DNA of 64,000 bases from Candidatus Krumholzibacteriia bacterium (GTDB lineage: Bacteria; Krumholzibacteriota; Krumholzibacteriia; JAJRXK01). Location: contig JBGPIA010000006.1 of NCBI GenBank assembly GCA_041484665.1, forward strand, positions 96,001 through 160,000. Reading direction: 5' to 3'. The notes below the pieces were generated by a model that did not search any database, was not told where the DNA came from, and saw only the letters and a program-made list of their open reading frames with translations. This document shows positions 1-10,266 of the stretch, in pieces. The first letter of the stretch is position 1. Each line of letters opens with the position of its first letter. A program made the position numbers and the translations under genes.

Positions 1-422
1 GTCGCCCTTCGCCAGCGGCGTGGCCACGGGCAGCTCGCGGGTGAACCCGAACCGCGACCGCTCGCCCGGCCGGCTCGTCGCGTGGAGGCTGCCCCCATGA
101 GCTCGACCAGCTGCTTGCTGATGGCAAGCCCCAGGCCAGTCCCCCCGTAGCGCCGCCTGCTGGAGGAATCGGCCTGGGTACAGCGCGTGAAGAGCTTGCC
201 CAGCACGTCGGGCGCGATCCCGCTGCCGGTGTTTTCGGGGGCCCTGCTGTTGGTTCCGATCAGACTGGCCTACAGACCCAGCTCACGCCCCAGGCGGTCC
301 CGGAACGTGGTGTAGTCGTAGGTCGTCGTGATCGGGCCCACCATCGCCAGGGCAAGGAACGCCGGTACGCCGATGATCCAGCGCAGCCTCTGGCGGATGG
401 GCAGATCCAGGAACGGCGTCAT
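1..422 (-). pseudogene. Degraded sensor histidine kinase (N-terminal TM stub joined to a frameshifted HATPase_c remnant)
   Basis: 422..270 encodes MTPFLDLPIRQRLRWII... (ATGA overlap with the YfiR stop) and ends in TAG. About 240..1 on the minus strand reads [48 protein letters not shown], then continues in another frame as [22 protein letters not shown]. Confidence 0.8.
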
Positions 423-1123
423 GGCATGGCCGCTTTGTCGGTGGGCCGCTCGTCGTAGACGTCCGCGAGGCTGAGCAGCTGTGCGGCCAGCTGCAGCGAG
501 CGGCGCCGCCCTTCGCTGATGTTGATCTCGAACCGGATCCGGTTGCCGACCCAGAACAGCCGGATGACGCCGCCGGTGTGGGCGAACGTCTCCAGCTCGG
601 ACACCAGGAGCAGCGGCTTGCCCTTGAGCGTGCGCGTCAGCTCGGGCCAGCGCTCCGCCTCGGAGCGGCATACATAGACGACCTGGCAACCGTCACAGGA
701 CTCCCCGGGATGGATACGGCGCGTAGCGATCGTGTGGCCATGGGCGCTGCGCCCGTCGATCGATTCGAGCGCGGGAGCGCCGGGGTCGTCCCCGACCAGC
801 CCGATCGTGAGCGGAGCGCTGGGAGACAGGACCTCCACTGGCCAGTCGGTGAAGCGGGCGAAGTTGTACAGCAGCGCGGCCTTGAGCTGCGCTTCGCCGT
901 CTGCGGCGTGGCCGGCGCGGGGAACCAGGAGCCCTCCCAGACCCGTGAGCGCCCACGAGAACGCGGCGCCCCACAGCAGTCCCTGACAGGACGCGCGGCG
1001 GGCCGCCCGGCACCAGCGCAGACGGCGCCTCTCCTCGACCGTGGATCCCGTGCCGATGCGCAACGTAGATCTGCCTCGATAGGTGGGACCCGCGAGATGT
1101 ACACGATCCCGCGCAGTGGGCAT
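419..1123 (-). CDS. YfiR/HmsC (DUF4154) family periplasmic protein
   Basis: Motifs EAQLKAALLYNFARFTDWP, LLVSE...GGVIRL and RIRFEIN...LLSLA. The start codon is uncertain. Confidence 0.88.
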   Translation of the reverse strand: MPTARDRVHLAGPTYRGRSTLRIGTGSTVEERRRLRWCRAARRASCQGLLWGAAFSWALTGLGGLLVPRAGHAADGEAQLKAALLYNFARFTDWPVEVLSPSAPLTIGLVGDDPGAPALESIDGRSAHGHTIATRRIHPGESCDGCQVVYVCRSEAERWPELTRTLKGKPLLLVSELETFAHTGGVIRLFWVGNRIRFEINISEGRRRSLQLAAQLLSLADVYDERPTDKAAMP

Positions 1124-1303
1124 CGGACTCACGCCCGGATCTCTTGAGCCCAGGAATGCCCGGCCATCGCGTTCTGCCTGCTCAAGTGGGAACGGGCCTG
1201 GGCCGATAGCCACGAGGAACCGGGTCGGTCCGTCGGGACACGGTCCTTGCTGCAAGTTGAGACCGCGCACGAAGGTCTGGGCCGGGGAAAGGTCAGGTGT
1301 CCC

Positions 1304-3502
1304 ATGCTGCGATCTGCTGCGGCTCACCGGTCGCGCGGCACGACCGTGACCAGCCGCGCCGGCCGCGGTCTTCGAAGCCGGAGGTGCCGCATCGCCCTGC
1401 GGGCGCTGCCCGTCCCGTTGGCCGCCATGCTCGCGCTTGGTTCGCCCGCCTCCACGCAGGCCGGAGACCCGCGGCCCAAAGACCCGCAGGCCGTGGATCC
1501 ACAAGCCGGGGACCCACAAACCGGCCGCCCACCGCAGGGCCATCCGCAAGGGAACCATCCCCCGGAGGGCCACCCACCGCAGGGCCAGGAACTGTTCGAG
1601 ATGAGCCTCCAGGACCTTCTTCAAGTGGAGGTCGTGTCCGGCGCATCGCGCTACGAGCAAAAGGTGACGCGGGCACCGGCGCCCGTGTCGATCGTCACCG
1701 CAGCCGAGATCCATGCGCTGGGCTACACGACCCTCGCGGAGGTGCTGGCGGGCGTGCGCGGCTTCTACGTTTCCTACGACCGCAACTACTCCTATGTCGG
1801 CAGTCGGGGCTTCAGCCCCCCTGGCGACTACAACACGCGGGTGTTGCTGCTGGTGGACGGACACCGCCTGAACGACAACGTCTACGACTCGGCGGCGCTG
1901 GGACCCGAGCTGCCTCTGGATCTGTCGGTGATCGACCGGATCGAGGTGATCCGCGGCCCGAGCAGCTCGCTCTACGGCGCGAGCGCCTTCTTCGCAGTCG
2001 TCAACATCATCACGCGCAATGGCGAGGCGGTTGGCGGAGTGCAGGCCGATCCCGCGGTGGGGAGTTTCGCTTCGGTGGCCAGCCCGGTGACCGTGGGCGG
2101 CCGGACGAAGGGCGGGCTGGAGTACATGGTCGAGGGCAGCCTCTACCGTAACCCCGGACCCGATCGGCTGTACTACCGGGAGTTCGACTCACCTGCCACC
2201 AACAACGGCTACGCGAACAATGCCGACGGGGAGCATGCGGAGCGCCTGTTCGGCAAGTTGCAGCGCGGTGGCTGGACGCTGAATGCATGCTGGGGCTCTC
2301 GCGAGAAGACCGTTCCCACCGGTTCGTACAAGACCGTTTTCAACGACGCCCGCAACGGGACCACCGATCAGCGCGGCTTCCTGGAGCTGGTGCGCGAATG
2401 GGCTCCGGCACCGGCGACACAGGCCCAAGCTCGGCTCCACTACGACCGCTATCGCTACGATGGGAGCTACGTGTACGACTTCGGCCAGAGTGGTGCGTCC
2501 GATCTGGTGATCAACCACGATGTGGCCGACGGCGAGTGGTGGGGGGCGGAGGCCCACATCGCGCGGGTGATGCGTGGGAAGCATCAGCTGTTGTGTGGCG
2601 CGGAGTTCGAGCACGACCTCCGGCAGGACCAGAAGAACTGGGATCGCGCCGTGTACCTGGACGACCATCGCACCGGCTGGAGAGCCGGCGCATACGCGCA
2701 GGGCGAGCTGGCCCTGCACGCGCGGTGGCTGCTCAATGTGGGGCTGCGGCAGGACGTCTACGAGAGCTTTGGGGGCACCACCAATCCGCGGGTGGCGCTG
2801 ATCCACTACCCGGCGCGTACCACGACAGTGAAGCTGCTCTATGGCCGCGCATTCCGCGCACCGAACGCCTACGAGCTCCACTACGACGACCTCGCGACCC
2901 AGAAGGCCAATCCCGCGCTGGGGCCGGAGAACATCGAGGCCGCCGAGGCTGTGCTCGAGCAAGGCATCGGCTCGCACGTGCGCACCACCGCGTCGGTCTT
3001 CCGCTACGCGACGCGCAACCTGATCTCTCTCTCGCAGGATCCCGCCGACAGCATGCTGATGTTCCACAATCTCGACCAGGTCCGGGCGTGGGGCGCGGAG
3101 ATGGAGCTGGAATCGCAATGGGCGGGTGGACTGCACGCTCGCGCGAGCTGGACCTGGCAGCAGAGCAAGAACGTGACGACAGATGCGCGCCTGGTGAATT
3201 CCCCCGCCCACCTGGTGCGAGCGGCGCTGATCGTGCCGCTGCCGGCCTCCGACGTGCTGGCTGGGCTCGAGTTGCGCTACACGAGTCAGCGCAGGACCGT
3301 GGCCGGCGGGCAGGTCCCAGGCTTCTTGCTTACCAACCTCACGCTGAGCCGTGGAACCTGGCAAAAGGGTTTCAGCGCCTCGCTAGGGGTGAAAAACCTC
3401 TTCAACATCGAGTACTCCGACCCCGCTTCGGAGGAGCAGGCGATGGAGTCGGTCCCGCAGGACGGCCGCACGTTCTGGGCAGGAGTGCGGCTCGGGTTGT
3501 AG
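1304..3502 (+). CDS. TonB-dependent receptor
   Basis: LFEMSLQDLLQVEV..SRYEQ N-terminus, plug motif IDRIEVIRGPSSSLYG, barrel end NLFN...GRTFWAGVRLGL. The start may be 1427. Confidence 0.93.
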   Translation: MLRSAAAHRSRGTTVTSRAGRGLRSRRCRIALRALPVPLAAMLALGSPASTQAGDPRPKDPQAVDPQAGDPQTGRPPQGHPQGNHPPEGHPPQGQELFEMSLQDLLQVEVVSGASRYEQKVTRAPAPVSIVTAAEIHALGYTTLAEVLAGVRGFYVSYDRNYSYVGSRGFSPPGDYNTRVLLLVDGHRLNDNVYDSAALGPELPLDLSVIDRIEVIRGPSSSLYGASAFFAVVNIITRNGEAVGGVQADPAVGSFASVASPVTVGGRTKGGLEYMVEGSLYRNPGPDRLYYREFDSPATNNGYANNADGEHAERLFGKLQRGGWTLNACWGSREKTVPTGSYKTVFNDARNGTTDQRGFLELVREWAPAPATQAQARLHYDRYRYDGSYVYDFGQSGASDLVINHDVADGEWWGAEAHIARVMRGKHQLLCGAEFEHDLRQDQKNWDRAVYLDDHRTGWRAGAYAQGELALHARWLLNVGLRQDVYESFGGTTNPRVALIHYPARTTTVKLLYGRAFRAPNAYELHYDDLATQKANPALGPENIEAAEAVLEQGIGSHVRTTASVFRYATRNLISLSQDPADSMLMFHNLDQVRAWGAEMELESQWAGGLHARASWTWQQSKNVTTDARLVNSPAHLVRAALIVPLPASDVLAGLELRYTSQRRTVAGGQVPGFLLTNLTLSRGTWQKGFSASLGVKNLFNIEYSDPASEEQAMESVPQDGRTFWAGVRLGL

Positions 3503-3837
3503 GCGTGCGGCGGCGCGGCGGAACGCGGTCATAGCTGCGGCCCCAGGACGGAACGTACGCGGCGCAGGGCCGCAACGCCGCGGGTGCCGATGGGACGTGA
3601 GCGCGCCTCCCGGGGCAGGAGACTACCGCGCGTTCACGCCTGCGCAGTGGATGATGCCGGGTCACAGCCCCAGGTGCTAGAATCGACCCACGCTGGCGCC
3701 ACCTCCTCGCTCCTTTCCCCCGAGCCGGAGCGTCTTTGCGACCCCCACGCCCACGCGGGCGCGCCATCCGCCTGTCTCGCGCCACCGGTGGTCCCCACTC
3801 GGGAGCGGCGCTCGTGCCTTTCGCCGCGTTCGCACTC

Positions 3838-5292
3838 ATGCGCGCACTCGCGTTCGCACTCGCGCGCGCACTCGCGGGCGCACTCGCGCTGGCCGCCACG
3901 CTCGCCGCGTGCGCCGAGCCTTCCGCTCCGACGACCGCACCGCCGCCGCCGGGCCCGCCGACGACTGCCGTCCTCACCGGACGCACGCTGCGCGCCGAGG
4001 ACGGCGTGGCCTACGGGCCGCTGCGCATCGTGCTGCTCAACGTCGAGACCCTCTCCATCGACGCGATCACGCGCAGCGACGGCGCGGGAGCGTTCCGTTT
4101 CGGCGATCTGGCGCCCGGACGCTACATGCCGGTCGTCTACGACTTCGAGCGCACCCTCTTCCACCTGCCGCAGACGCGGCTGGCGGTCGACGCCGCGGAG
4201 AGTCTCGACGTTTCACTGCCGCTGGCTCCGCTGGCAGCGGATCAGGGGATCGCCCTGGAAGGCCTCGTCGTCGACTCCCGCACTGGCCGGCCAGTCGCGG
4301 GCGCGATGGTCGACCTGGGATCGGTCGCGGGAGCGGTGGCTCCGTACCTCTCCAACCGCGTCGGGCTGTTCTCGGAGCTCTCCGGCCAGTCGGGCGGCCT
4401 CGACCAGATCACCGACGAGAATGGCGAGTTCCGCCTGTGGCCTGTCTACTTCCTGCCCAACCCCGACCCTACCACCTGGCCCAACGGATCGATCACGCCC
4501 GACCTGCTCGTGTCGCATCCCGGCTACCGCGGTTACCGGCGGCGCGGCTTCACACCGGAGAACATCCCCAACTACGACGACATCGCGCTGGAGCCCGGAG
4601 CGGACTCCTCGGCGGTGACCGGCCGGGTGGTCGATCTCGCGGGCCATCCGGTCGCGGGGCTGCGCGTGGGCCTGGAATGGACGCGTGGCGAGTTGCCGCG
4701 ATACGGCGCTGGCCAGCCAGCAGCGGGGAAACCGGGGCTACCGGGCCCAGGTGGGGCAACGCTCGTCAGCGGGCCCGGCGTGAAGACAGCCCCGGGCGGG
4801 CCGCTCGCCACGCCCACCGTGATCCTGCAGGGCGCAGTGGGAGTCACAGGAAGCGACGGCCGCTTCCGGATCGACGGCGTGCCGCAAGGTCACTTCAAGA
4901 TCATGCCGGGCTACCTGCCCGACGACGGTTGGGTGGGAGACTTCGGCGATCGGAGCGCCAACGTGGAGACCGCAGCGTCCGGAGAGGTTGACGCGGGCGA
5001 CGTGCCCGTGGTGCCGGCGATCGCGGCGCTCTCGCCCGCGGACGGCGATACGATCCGCGGGCCCCTGACGCTGTCATGGGCCGCAGCGGCGGGGGCGAGC
5101 GAGTACTGGTTGTTGATCGAGCCGCTGGGCCGCGAGGCTGTGCACCGGGGACCGCTCTACGCGACATCCCTCACGCCCACGCGCACCTCGCTGTTGCAAC
5201 CCGGTCTCTACCGCTGGCAAGTCTCGGCGATGGACGCGCGGGGCGAGATCGCGCGGGTGGAGCGATCGCGGATGTACGTCGTGCCGCGGTAG
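3838..5292 (+). CDS. Lipoprotein with carboxypeptidase-regulatory-like (Cna-B/transthyretin-like) repeats
   Basis: Lipobox LAAC; three G.V.D..G.PV.G / TD..G.F repeats; C-terminal Ig/Fn3-like segment (LSPADG...LSW...YRWQV). Confidence 0.7.
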   Translation: MRALAFALARALAGALALAATLAACAEPSAPTTAPPPPGPPTTAVLTGRTLRAEDGVAYGPLRIVLLNVETLSIDAITRSDGAGAFRFGDLAPGRYMPVVYDFERTLFHLPQTRLAVDAAESLDVSLPLAPLAADQGIALEGLVVDSRTGRPVAGAMVDLGSVAGAVAPYLSNRVGLFSELSGQSGGLDQITDENGEFRLWPVYFLPNPDPTTWPNGSITPDLLVSHPGYRGYRRRGFTPENIPNYDDIALEPGADSSAVTGRVVDLAGHPVAGLRVGLEWTRGELPRYGAGQPAAGKPGLPGPGGATLVSGPGVKTAPGGPLATPTVILQGAVGVTGSDGRFRIDGVPQGHFKIMPGYLPDDGWVGDFGDRSANVETAASGEVDAGDVPVVPAIAALSPADGDTIRGPLTLSWAAAAGASEYWLLIEPLGREAVHRGPLYATSLTPTRTSLLQPGLYRWQVSAMDARGEIARVERSRMYVVPR

Positions 5293-5311
5293 AGCGCGCG
5301 CGGGGGCGCCC

Positions 5312-6619
5312 TCAGTGGGCTGCCCCGTACGCCCGCGGGCGCGCGTTCCACAGCCGCAGCATGAGCACCGCGCCGATGCCTGAGAACCCGATCATGCTCG
5401 GGGCCCACGATCCCCAGCCGTAGCGGTCGAGCAGCAACCCCATCCCGAAGCCCACGAACGAGCCGCCAACGTACTGCATGCCGTCGAACATCCCCGCCGC
5501 GGTTGCCGCGGCGCGCTTGCCGCCGAAGTCCATCGAGGCGGTGCCGGACAGCATGGAGTGCACCATGGAAATGGCCAGCGAATTGAGGGTGAAGGCCCAG
5601 ATCACCGCATTGACGCTGGGCGCTCTCCAGATCAGGTACAGGCACCCGATCTGGAGTACGTAGCCAATGAACGCCACCGGCGGACGGCGAGCCTTGAACA
5701 CCCAGTCCGACAGCGTCCCGGCCACGAGCGCCCCGGCGATGCCGGCCAGCACGATGGCCATCGCGCCCTTCTGGAACACGGGATGGTCGACCTGCAGGTG
5801 CTGGGCTTCCTGCATGTAGCGCGGGAACCACTCCTCGAAGCCCTTGCGCACGAAGCCGGTGCAGAACTCCGCGCCGGCGATCGTGATGGCGATCGGGTTG
5901 GTGAACACCTTGCGCGCCACGTAGCGGAACGTGATGGCCTCGGTGTCGCCGCTGGTGGCGTCCTGCGGATCGAACTCCTCCAGCCCGGCGTCCTGGGGCG
6001 TATCGCGCACCACGAACCAGGTGAGCACGGCCATGATCGCCACCGCCACGGAAGGCAGGAAGAACTTCCACTGCCACGGCAGCGCCACCACCAGTGACGT
6101 GGTCATCAAGGCGAACACCGCCGCGCGCCCACCCTGGATCACCGAGCCGAAGATGGCCGAGAAGACACCGCGCTCGCTGACGTGGAACCAGCCCGAGTTG
6201 ACCTTGATCAGGGCCAGCGCGCTGTAGGACTGGAAGTACATGTTCAGCGTCCAGACCGTGGCCAGGTAGCCCAACAGGAGCCCTCCGGTCCCCAGGAAGC
6301 CCAGGTACGCTCCCAGCCCGAACGCGAGGTTGAAGATGCAGGCGCCGACGGCGCCCAAGAGCATCGCCTTGCGCCCGCCGAAGCGGTCGGCGAGCGGCCC
6401 GTTGAACAGCGCGGAGATGCCGTAGACCAGCGTGGCGGTCGAGATGATCGCCCCCACCTGGGCCTTGTTCCAGCCGTAGGCGTCGCTGAGCGCTTTGTTG
6501 GCGAAGCCGAAGTTGTAGCGAGCCATGTACATGGCCGCGTAGGTAATGCCCAGCACCAGCCAGTTCTGAGTGCGGCGGACGTGGAAGTCGCGCGAGTGGT
6601 TGGGGCGGGTGCGGTTCAC
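5312..6619 (-). CDS. MFS transporter, GlpT/UhpT (OPA)-like
   Basis: About 12 TM segments; YAAMYMARYNF, GPLADRFGGR, WFHVSERG and AATAAGMFDGMQYVG motifs. Confidence 0.9.
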   Translation of the reverse strand: MNRTRPNHSRDFHVRRTQNWLVLGITYAAMYMARYNFGFANKALSDAYGWNKAQVGAIISTATLVYGISALFNGPLADRFGGRKAMLLGAVGACIFNLAFGLGAYLGFLGTGGLLLGYLATVWTLNMYFQSYSALALIKVNSGWFHVSERGVFSAIFGSVIQGGRAAVFALMTTSLVVALPWQWKFFLPSVAVAIMAVLTWFVVRDTPQDAGLEEFDPQDATSGDTEAITFRYVARKVFTNPIAITIAGAEFCTGFVRKGFEEWFPRYMQEAQHLQVDHPVFQKGAMAIVLAGIAGALVAGTLSDWVFKARRPPVAFIGYVLQIGCLYLIWRAPSVNAVIWAFTLNSLAISMVHSMLSGTASMDFGGKRAAATAAGMFDGMQYVGGSFVGFGMGLLLDRYGWGSWAPSMIGFSGIGAVLMLRLWNARPRAYGAAH

Positions 6620-6819
6620 GGAGTGTTGGTCCGGAGGCCGGCGGCGGAGAGGCCCGGAGCCCAGGATCAGAAGCGCTTTGATCGCAAGCGTTTACCCGGG
6701 TAAACTGGCCGCCCGTCCACCCGGCGCTCTTCCCACGGGCACTGGCAAGCGGTGGGCATTGTACCCGCTGCGACTGGGGCTGGCTCCAAGAATCGGGGGT
6801 TGTCGCAGCCTCCGGCTGT

Positions 6820-7239
6820 CTACTCGTGGTACCCCGTCACCACCAGGAGGCAGCTCCCATCGGCGATGATCTCCAACCCGCGCTCGTGAGCGATCTGGAT
6901 CGCGCGCTCGCTCTCGGCGCCGGGTTGCAGCCAGACGATCTTCACGCCGGCATCGGCGGCCTCGGCCACGACCTTCTCGGTGACGGGCGGCGGCGTGATC
7001 ACCGAGATGCCGCGCACCTGCTTGGGCAGCGCCGCAAGGTCGGGGTAGGCTTTGAGCCCTTCGACCTCGGGCTCCTTGGGATTGATGGGGAATACCTCCA
7101 TCTTCTTCTGCTGGTAGGCACGCAGCACCTTGTTGCCGTACTTCTCGCGGTTGGAGGACGCGCCCACCACTGCCCAGGGGCCCTGCCTCAGGAAGTCTGC
7201 GATCAGCTCGCCGACGGGTCGCGGTGACAGCGGTGACAT
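6820..7239 (-). CDS. CoA-binding protein (YccU-like)
   Basis: AVVGASSNREKYG, PINPK and VWLQPGAES motifs. Confidence 0.9.
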   Translation of the reverse strand: MSPLSPRPVGELIADFLRQGPWAVVGASSNREKYGNKVLRAYQQKKMEVFPINPKEPEVEGLKAYPDLAALPKQVRGISVITPPPVTEKVVAEAADAGVKIVWLQPGAESERAIQIAHERGLEIIADGSCLLVVTGYHE

Positions 7240-7351
7240 CGGATCCTCCCTCGTGGTTCAGCCATGGGTCCGCCGGTCCGTCCGCTCGCCCGGAGATCGC
7301 CCTTCGCAGTTTCCCCCGGGGAAACCAGCCGGCCGGCTGCGGGCACCGGCC

Positions 7352-8065
7352 TCAGCCCAGCTCGATCACCAGCCGCTTGTTGCTGCGACCTTTGCTCATG
7401 TAATCCACCACGCGGATCGCGCCCACCTCCGAGGTGTTCGCGACGTGCGTGCCGCCGTCGGCCTGCAGGTCGAGCCCGACGATCTCCACGACGCGCACCT
7501 GCTGGATCGCCTCCGGCAGCAGGTTGACCTTGGTGCGGATCAGGTCGGGGATGGCGATAGCCTCCTCCCGCGGGAGGATTTTGACGCGCACGGCGCGCGC
7601 GGCGGTCACCTCGGCATTGGCACTGGCCTGGATGTCTTCGACCAGCGACTTCTCCATCTGCTCGATCTCGAAATCCATGCGCGCTCTGCCCGGCTCCATG
7701 TTCCCGCCGGTGACCTGGGCGCGGAAGCGCAGCCAGACGACGCCGCTCAAGATATGCAGCGCAGTGTGGGTGCGCATGAGCAGGTAGCGGCGATCCCAGT
7801 CCAGCGCGCAGTGGAGCATCTTGCCCACTGGCGGGCGCTGCGGCTCTTTCACCAGGTGCACCAGGTGGTCTCCGTCGCGGCGCAGGCCGGTGATCGTGTA
7901 GATCTCGCCGTAGGGGTCGGCGCAGCGGCCGCTGTCGGCAGGCTGGCCGCCGCCGCCCGGGTAGAACGCCGTCTGGTCGAGCACGAAGCCATCCTGCGTC
8001 ACCGCGCGGGTGGTGCCTTCGAAGGCGCGCAGGTAGCTGTCGGTCTGGTAGAGGAGCTCGGTCAT
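7352..8065 (-). CDS. alaX: Free-standing alanyl-tRNA editing protein AlaX
   Basis: LDQTAFYPGGGGQPAD, MRTHTALH (HxxxH) and QADGGTHV. The Cys of the CGGTH motif is replaced by Asp. Confidence 0.92.
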   Translation of the reverse strand: MTELLYQTDSYLRAFEGTTRAVTQDGFVLDQTAFYPGGGGQPADSGRCADPYGEIYTITGLRRDGDHLVHLVKEPQRPPVGKMLHCALDWDRRYLLMRTHTALHILSGVVWLRFRAQVTGGNMEPGRARMDFEIEQMEKSLVEDIQASANAEVTAARAVRVKILPREEAIAIPDLIRTKVNLLPEAIQQVRVVEIVGLDLQADGGTHVANTSEVGAIRVVDYMSKGRSNKRLVIELG

Positions 8066-8276
8066 GGGATCTCTGCAGCAGGCGCGGCGGGCGGGCTGCA
8101 ATGCGGGGGCGGTGAGGGTCCCCGGCTCGGCGCGTGGGCCTCACCGCGCGGCGCGCGTCCCTGTCCCGGTCCGCCCGGCGCTCGCTGCGCAGTCTACCAC
8201 GGGAGCGGCCGTGGGACCCGCGCCGGGGAGCGTCGCAGCCGCGTCGGACGCCCGTGAGCGGCCGCGCGGCTCGCCG

Positions 8277-9839
8277 CTACTTCTTCTTCTGGGACTGCTC
8301 GAGAGCCATGTAGAAGGTCCCATTCCCGCGCTGGACCAAGAGCAGCAGCGAGGCCTCGGCGTCCTCCTTCGCGGAGCGGTCCACGGCCTCCTGCAGGTTC
8401 CGGACGGTGGAGACCGCATCGTGGTTCACCTCGAGGATCACGTCGCCTGCGCGCAAGCCGGCCCGCGACGCCGCTGAATGCGGCGCCACCTGCGTCACCA
8501 CGACGCCGCTCGCCCCGCGTGGCAGCTCGAAGCGGCGCGTCAGATCGCTGTTGATGGTCTGCACGTTCACGCCGTCGAGGACCGCTTCTCCCTGGTCGGG
8601 CGCCCCGCGCGATGCGCGCGCCAGCGCCTGCTCGCTGGGCAGCTCGCCGAGCTTGACCTCGATCTGGCGGGGCCGACCCTCGCGCAAGACGTCGAGGTTC
8701 ACCCGGCTGCCGGGCGAGGTGTGGGCGATCTCGGTGCGGAACACCGCGTAGGAGTCCACTTTCTTGCCGTCGAGGCCCACGATCACGTCGCCACGCTTGA
8801 GGCCTGCCGCCTCGGCTGGGCTGTCCTTCACCACGTCACCCACCAGCGCGCCGTTGGTCGTCTGAAGCTTGAGCGTGCGCGCCAGCGAGGGGTTGATCCC
8901 CTGGATCGACACGCCCAACCAGCCGCGCACGACCTTGCCTTTGTCGCGCAAGTCCTCCATGACCTTCACGGCCAGCTTCGATGGGATGGCGAAGCCGACG
9001 CCCTGGCTCCCGCCGCTGCGGGTCACGATGGCCGAGTTGACGCCGATCATCTCGCCGCGCAGGTTCACCAGCGCCCCACCGGAGTTGCCGGGATTGATGG
9101 CGGCGTCGGTTTGGATGAAATCCTCGTAATCGACCAGGCCGGTGCCGGCGCGTCCGCGGGCGCTGACGATCCCCATCGATACCGACTCCTGCAAGCCGAA
9201 CGGGCTGCCGACGGCCAGCACGACCTCGCCGATGCGCATCGCATCGCTGTCGCCGACCTTGATCGGCGTCAGATCCTTCGCATCCACCTTCAGCAATGCC
9301 ACGTCGCTGGCCTCGTCGGCCCCGATGACCTTGGCAACGAAGTTGCGGCCGTCCTTGAGCGAGACCGTCACCTCCTTCGAGTCGCTCACCACGTGGTTGT
9401 TGGTGAGGATGTAGCCGTCCGCGCTGATGATGACTCCCGAGCCGAGGCTCTGCTCGGTCGGCTCCCGACCCGGGTTGTTGTCGTTGTTATCGTTGTTGTC
9501 ATCGTTGTCGTTGTTGTCGTCCCTGCCGGGAGGCATCTGGAAGAAGCGGCGCAGGAGCGGGTCGTTGAACGGCCCGAGTTGCCCGCTGTCCATGTGGACA
9601 CGCTTCTCGCTGGAGACGTTGACGACGCTGGGGACGACCGCCTCGGCGACGTCGGCGATCGTTGCGAGATCCTTGACGGGCGTGTCGGCGCCGCGCAGCG
9701 CGCTGGTGGCGCTCTCGTGCGTGGCGGCCGCCGCCTGCCCCGCGGGAGCGCTGGGCCGCAGCAGCAGCAGCGCCGCGGCGAGCAGGGCAGCCCCGAGGAT
9801 CGTCACCGGCAGAGCGCGACGCTCACGAATGCGGAACAT
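8277..9839 (-). CDS. DegP/DegQ (HtrA) serine endoprotease with two PDZ domains
   Basis: Signal peptide; GSGVII, TNNHV, DVALLK, IQTDAAINPGNSGGAL; two PDZ domains. Confidence 0.95.
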   Translation of the reverse strand: MFRIRERRALPVTILGAALLAAALLLLRPSAPAGQAAAATHESATSALRGADTPVKDLATIADVAEAVVPSVVNVSSEKRVHMDSGQLGPFNDPLLRRFFQMPPGRDDNNDNDDNNDNNDNNPGREPTEQSLGSGVIISADGYILTNNHVVSDSKEVTVSLKDGRNFVAKVIGADEASDVALLKVDAKDLTPIKVGDSDAMRIGEVVLAVGSPFGLQESVSMGIVSARGRAGTGLVDYEDFIQTDAAINPGNSGGALVNLRGEMIGVNSAIVTRSGGSQGVGFAIPSKLAVKVMEDLRDKGKVVRGWLGVSIQGINPSLARTLKLQTTNGALVGDVVKDSPAEAAGLKRGDVIVGLDGKKVDSYAVFRTEIAHTSPGSRVNLDVLREGRPRQIEVKLGELPSEQALARASRGAPDQGEAVLDGVNVQTINSDLTRRFELPRGASGVVVTQVAPHSAASRAGLRAGDVILEVNHDAVSTVRNLQEAVDRSAKEDAEASLLLLVQRGNGTFYMALEQSQKKK

Positions 9840-10137
9840 GATCTTTGCCTCCTGCCCCGCGGTGTGGGGCGCCTCACGTGCGACCGGAATCTTCTCGCTG
9901 CAGCAGACCGAACCCCGGCGCGGCCGGGACCATGCAACAGCTAGCGGCTTGAACGCGCTCGGAAGGGGGGAGTTCCGCCCGCTGCCCCGGCGGCGTCGGG
10001 CCATTCCAGGCGGACCCGAACGGAGTCGAATAGGAGACCCGCTGCCCCGATCGCGCGGGCCAAGGCCGTGCCGATCTGGCAGCCCGGTGCCCCGCGGGTG
10101 CGGGCCAAGGCCAAGCGGATCCAGCCGGTGACGACCA

Positions 10138-10245
10138 CGCCGCTTCGGCGCATTCGCCCGGCGCATCGGCCGGCCCACCGCTTCGGCGCTCCGGTCCGGC
10201 CCACCGCTTCGGCGTACCGGTCCGGCGCACAACTTCGGCGCATCG
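10138..10245. repeat. Short degenerate intergenic repeat (CTTCGGCG core, 4 copies; CCGGCCCACCGCTTCGGCG twice)
   Basis: Read directly between degP and the HAD gene. Confidence 0.55.
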
Positions 10246-10266
10246 GCCCGTTCGCGCGCGCGGCGA

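Noticed and set aside
7352..8065. AlaX Cys-to-Asp change in the CGGTH zinc motif as a novelty
   Set aside because: I recall DGGTH variants among AlaX proteins; too weak to claim without an alignment.
10138..10245. Possible mini-CRISPR array
   Set aside because: Repeats are under 20 nt, spacers are very short and irregular, and no cas genes are present.
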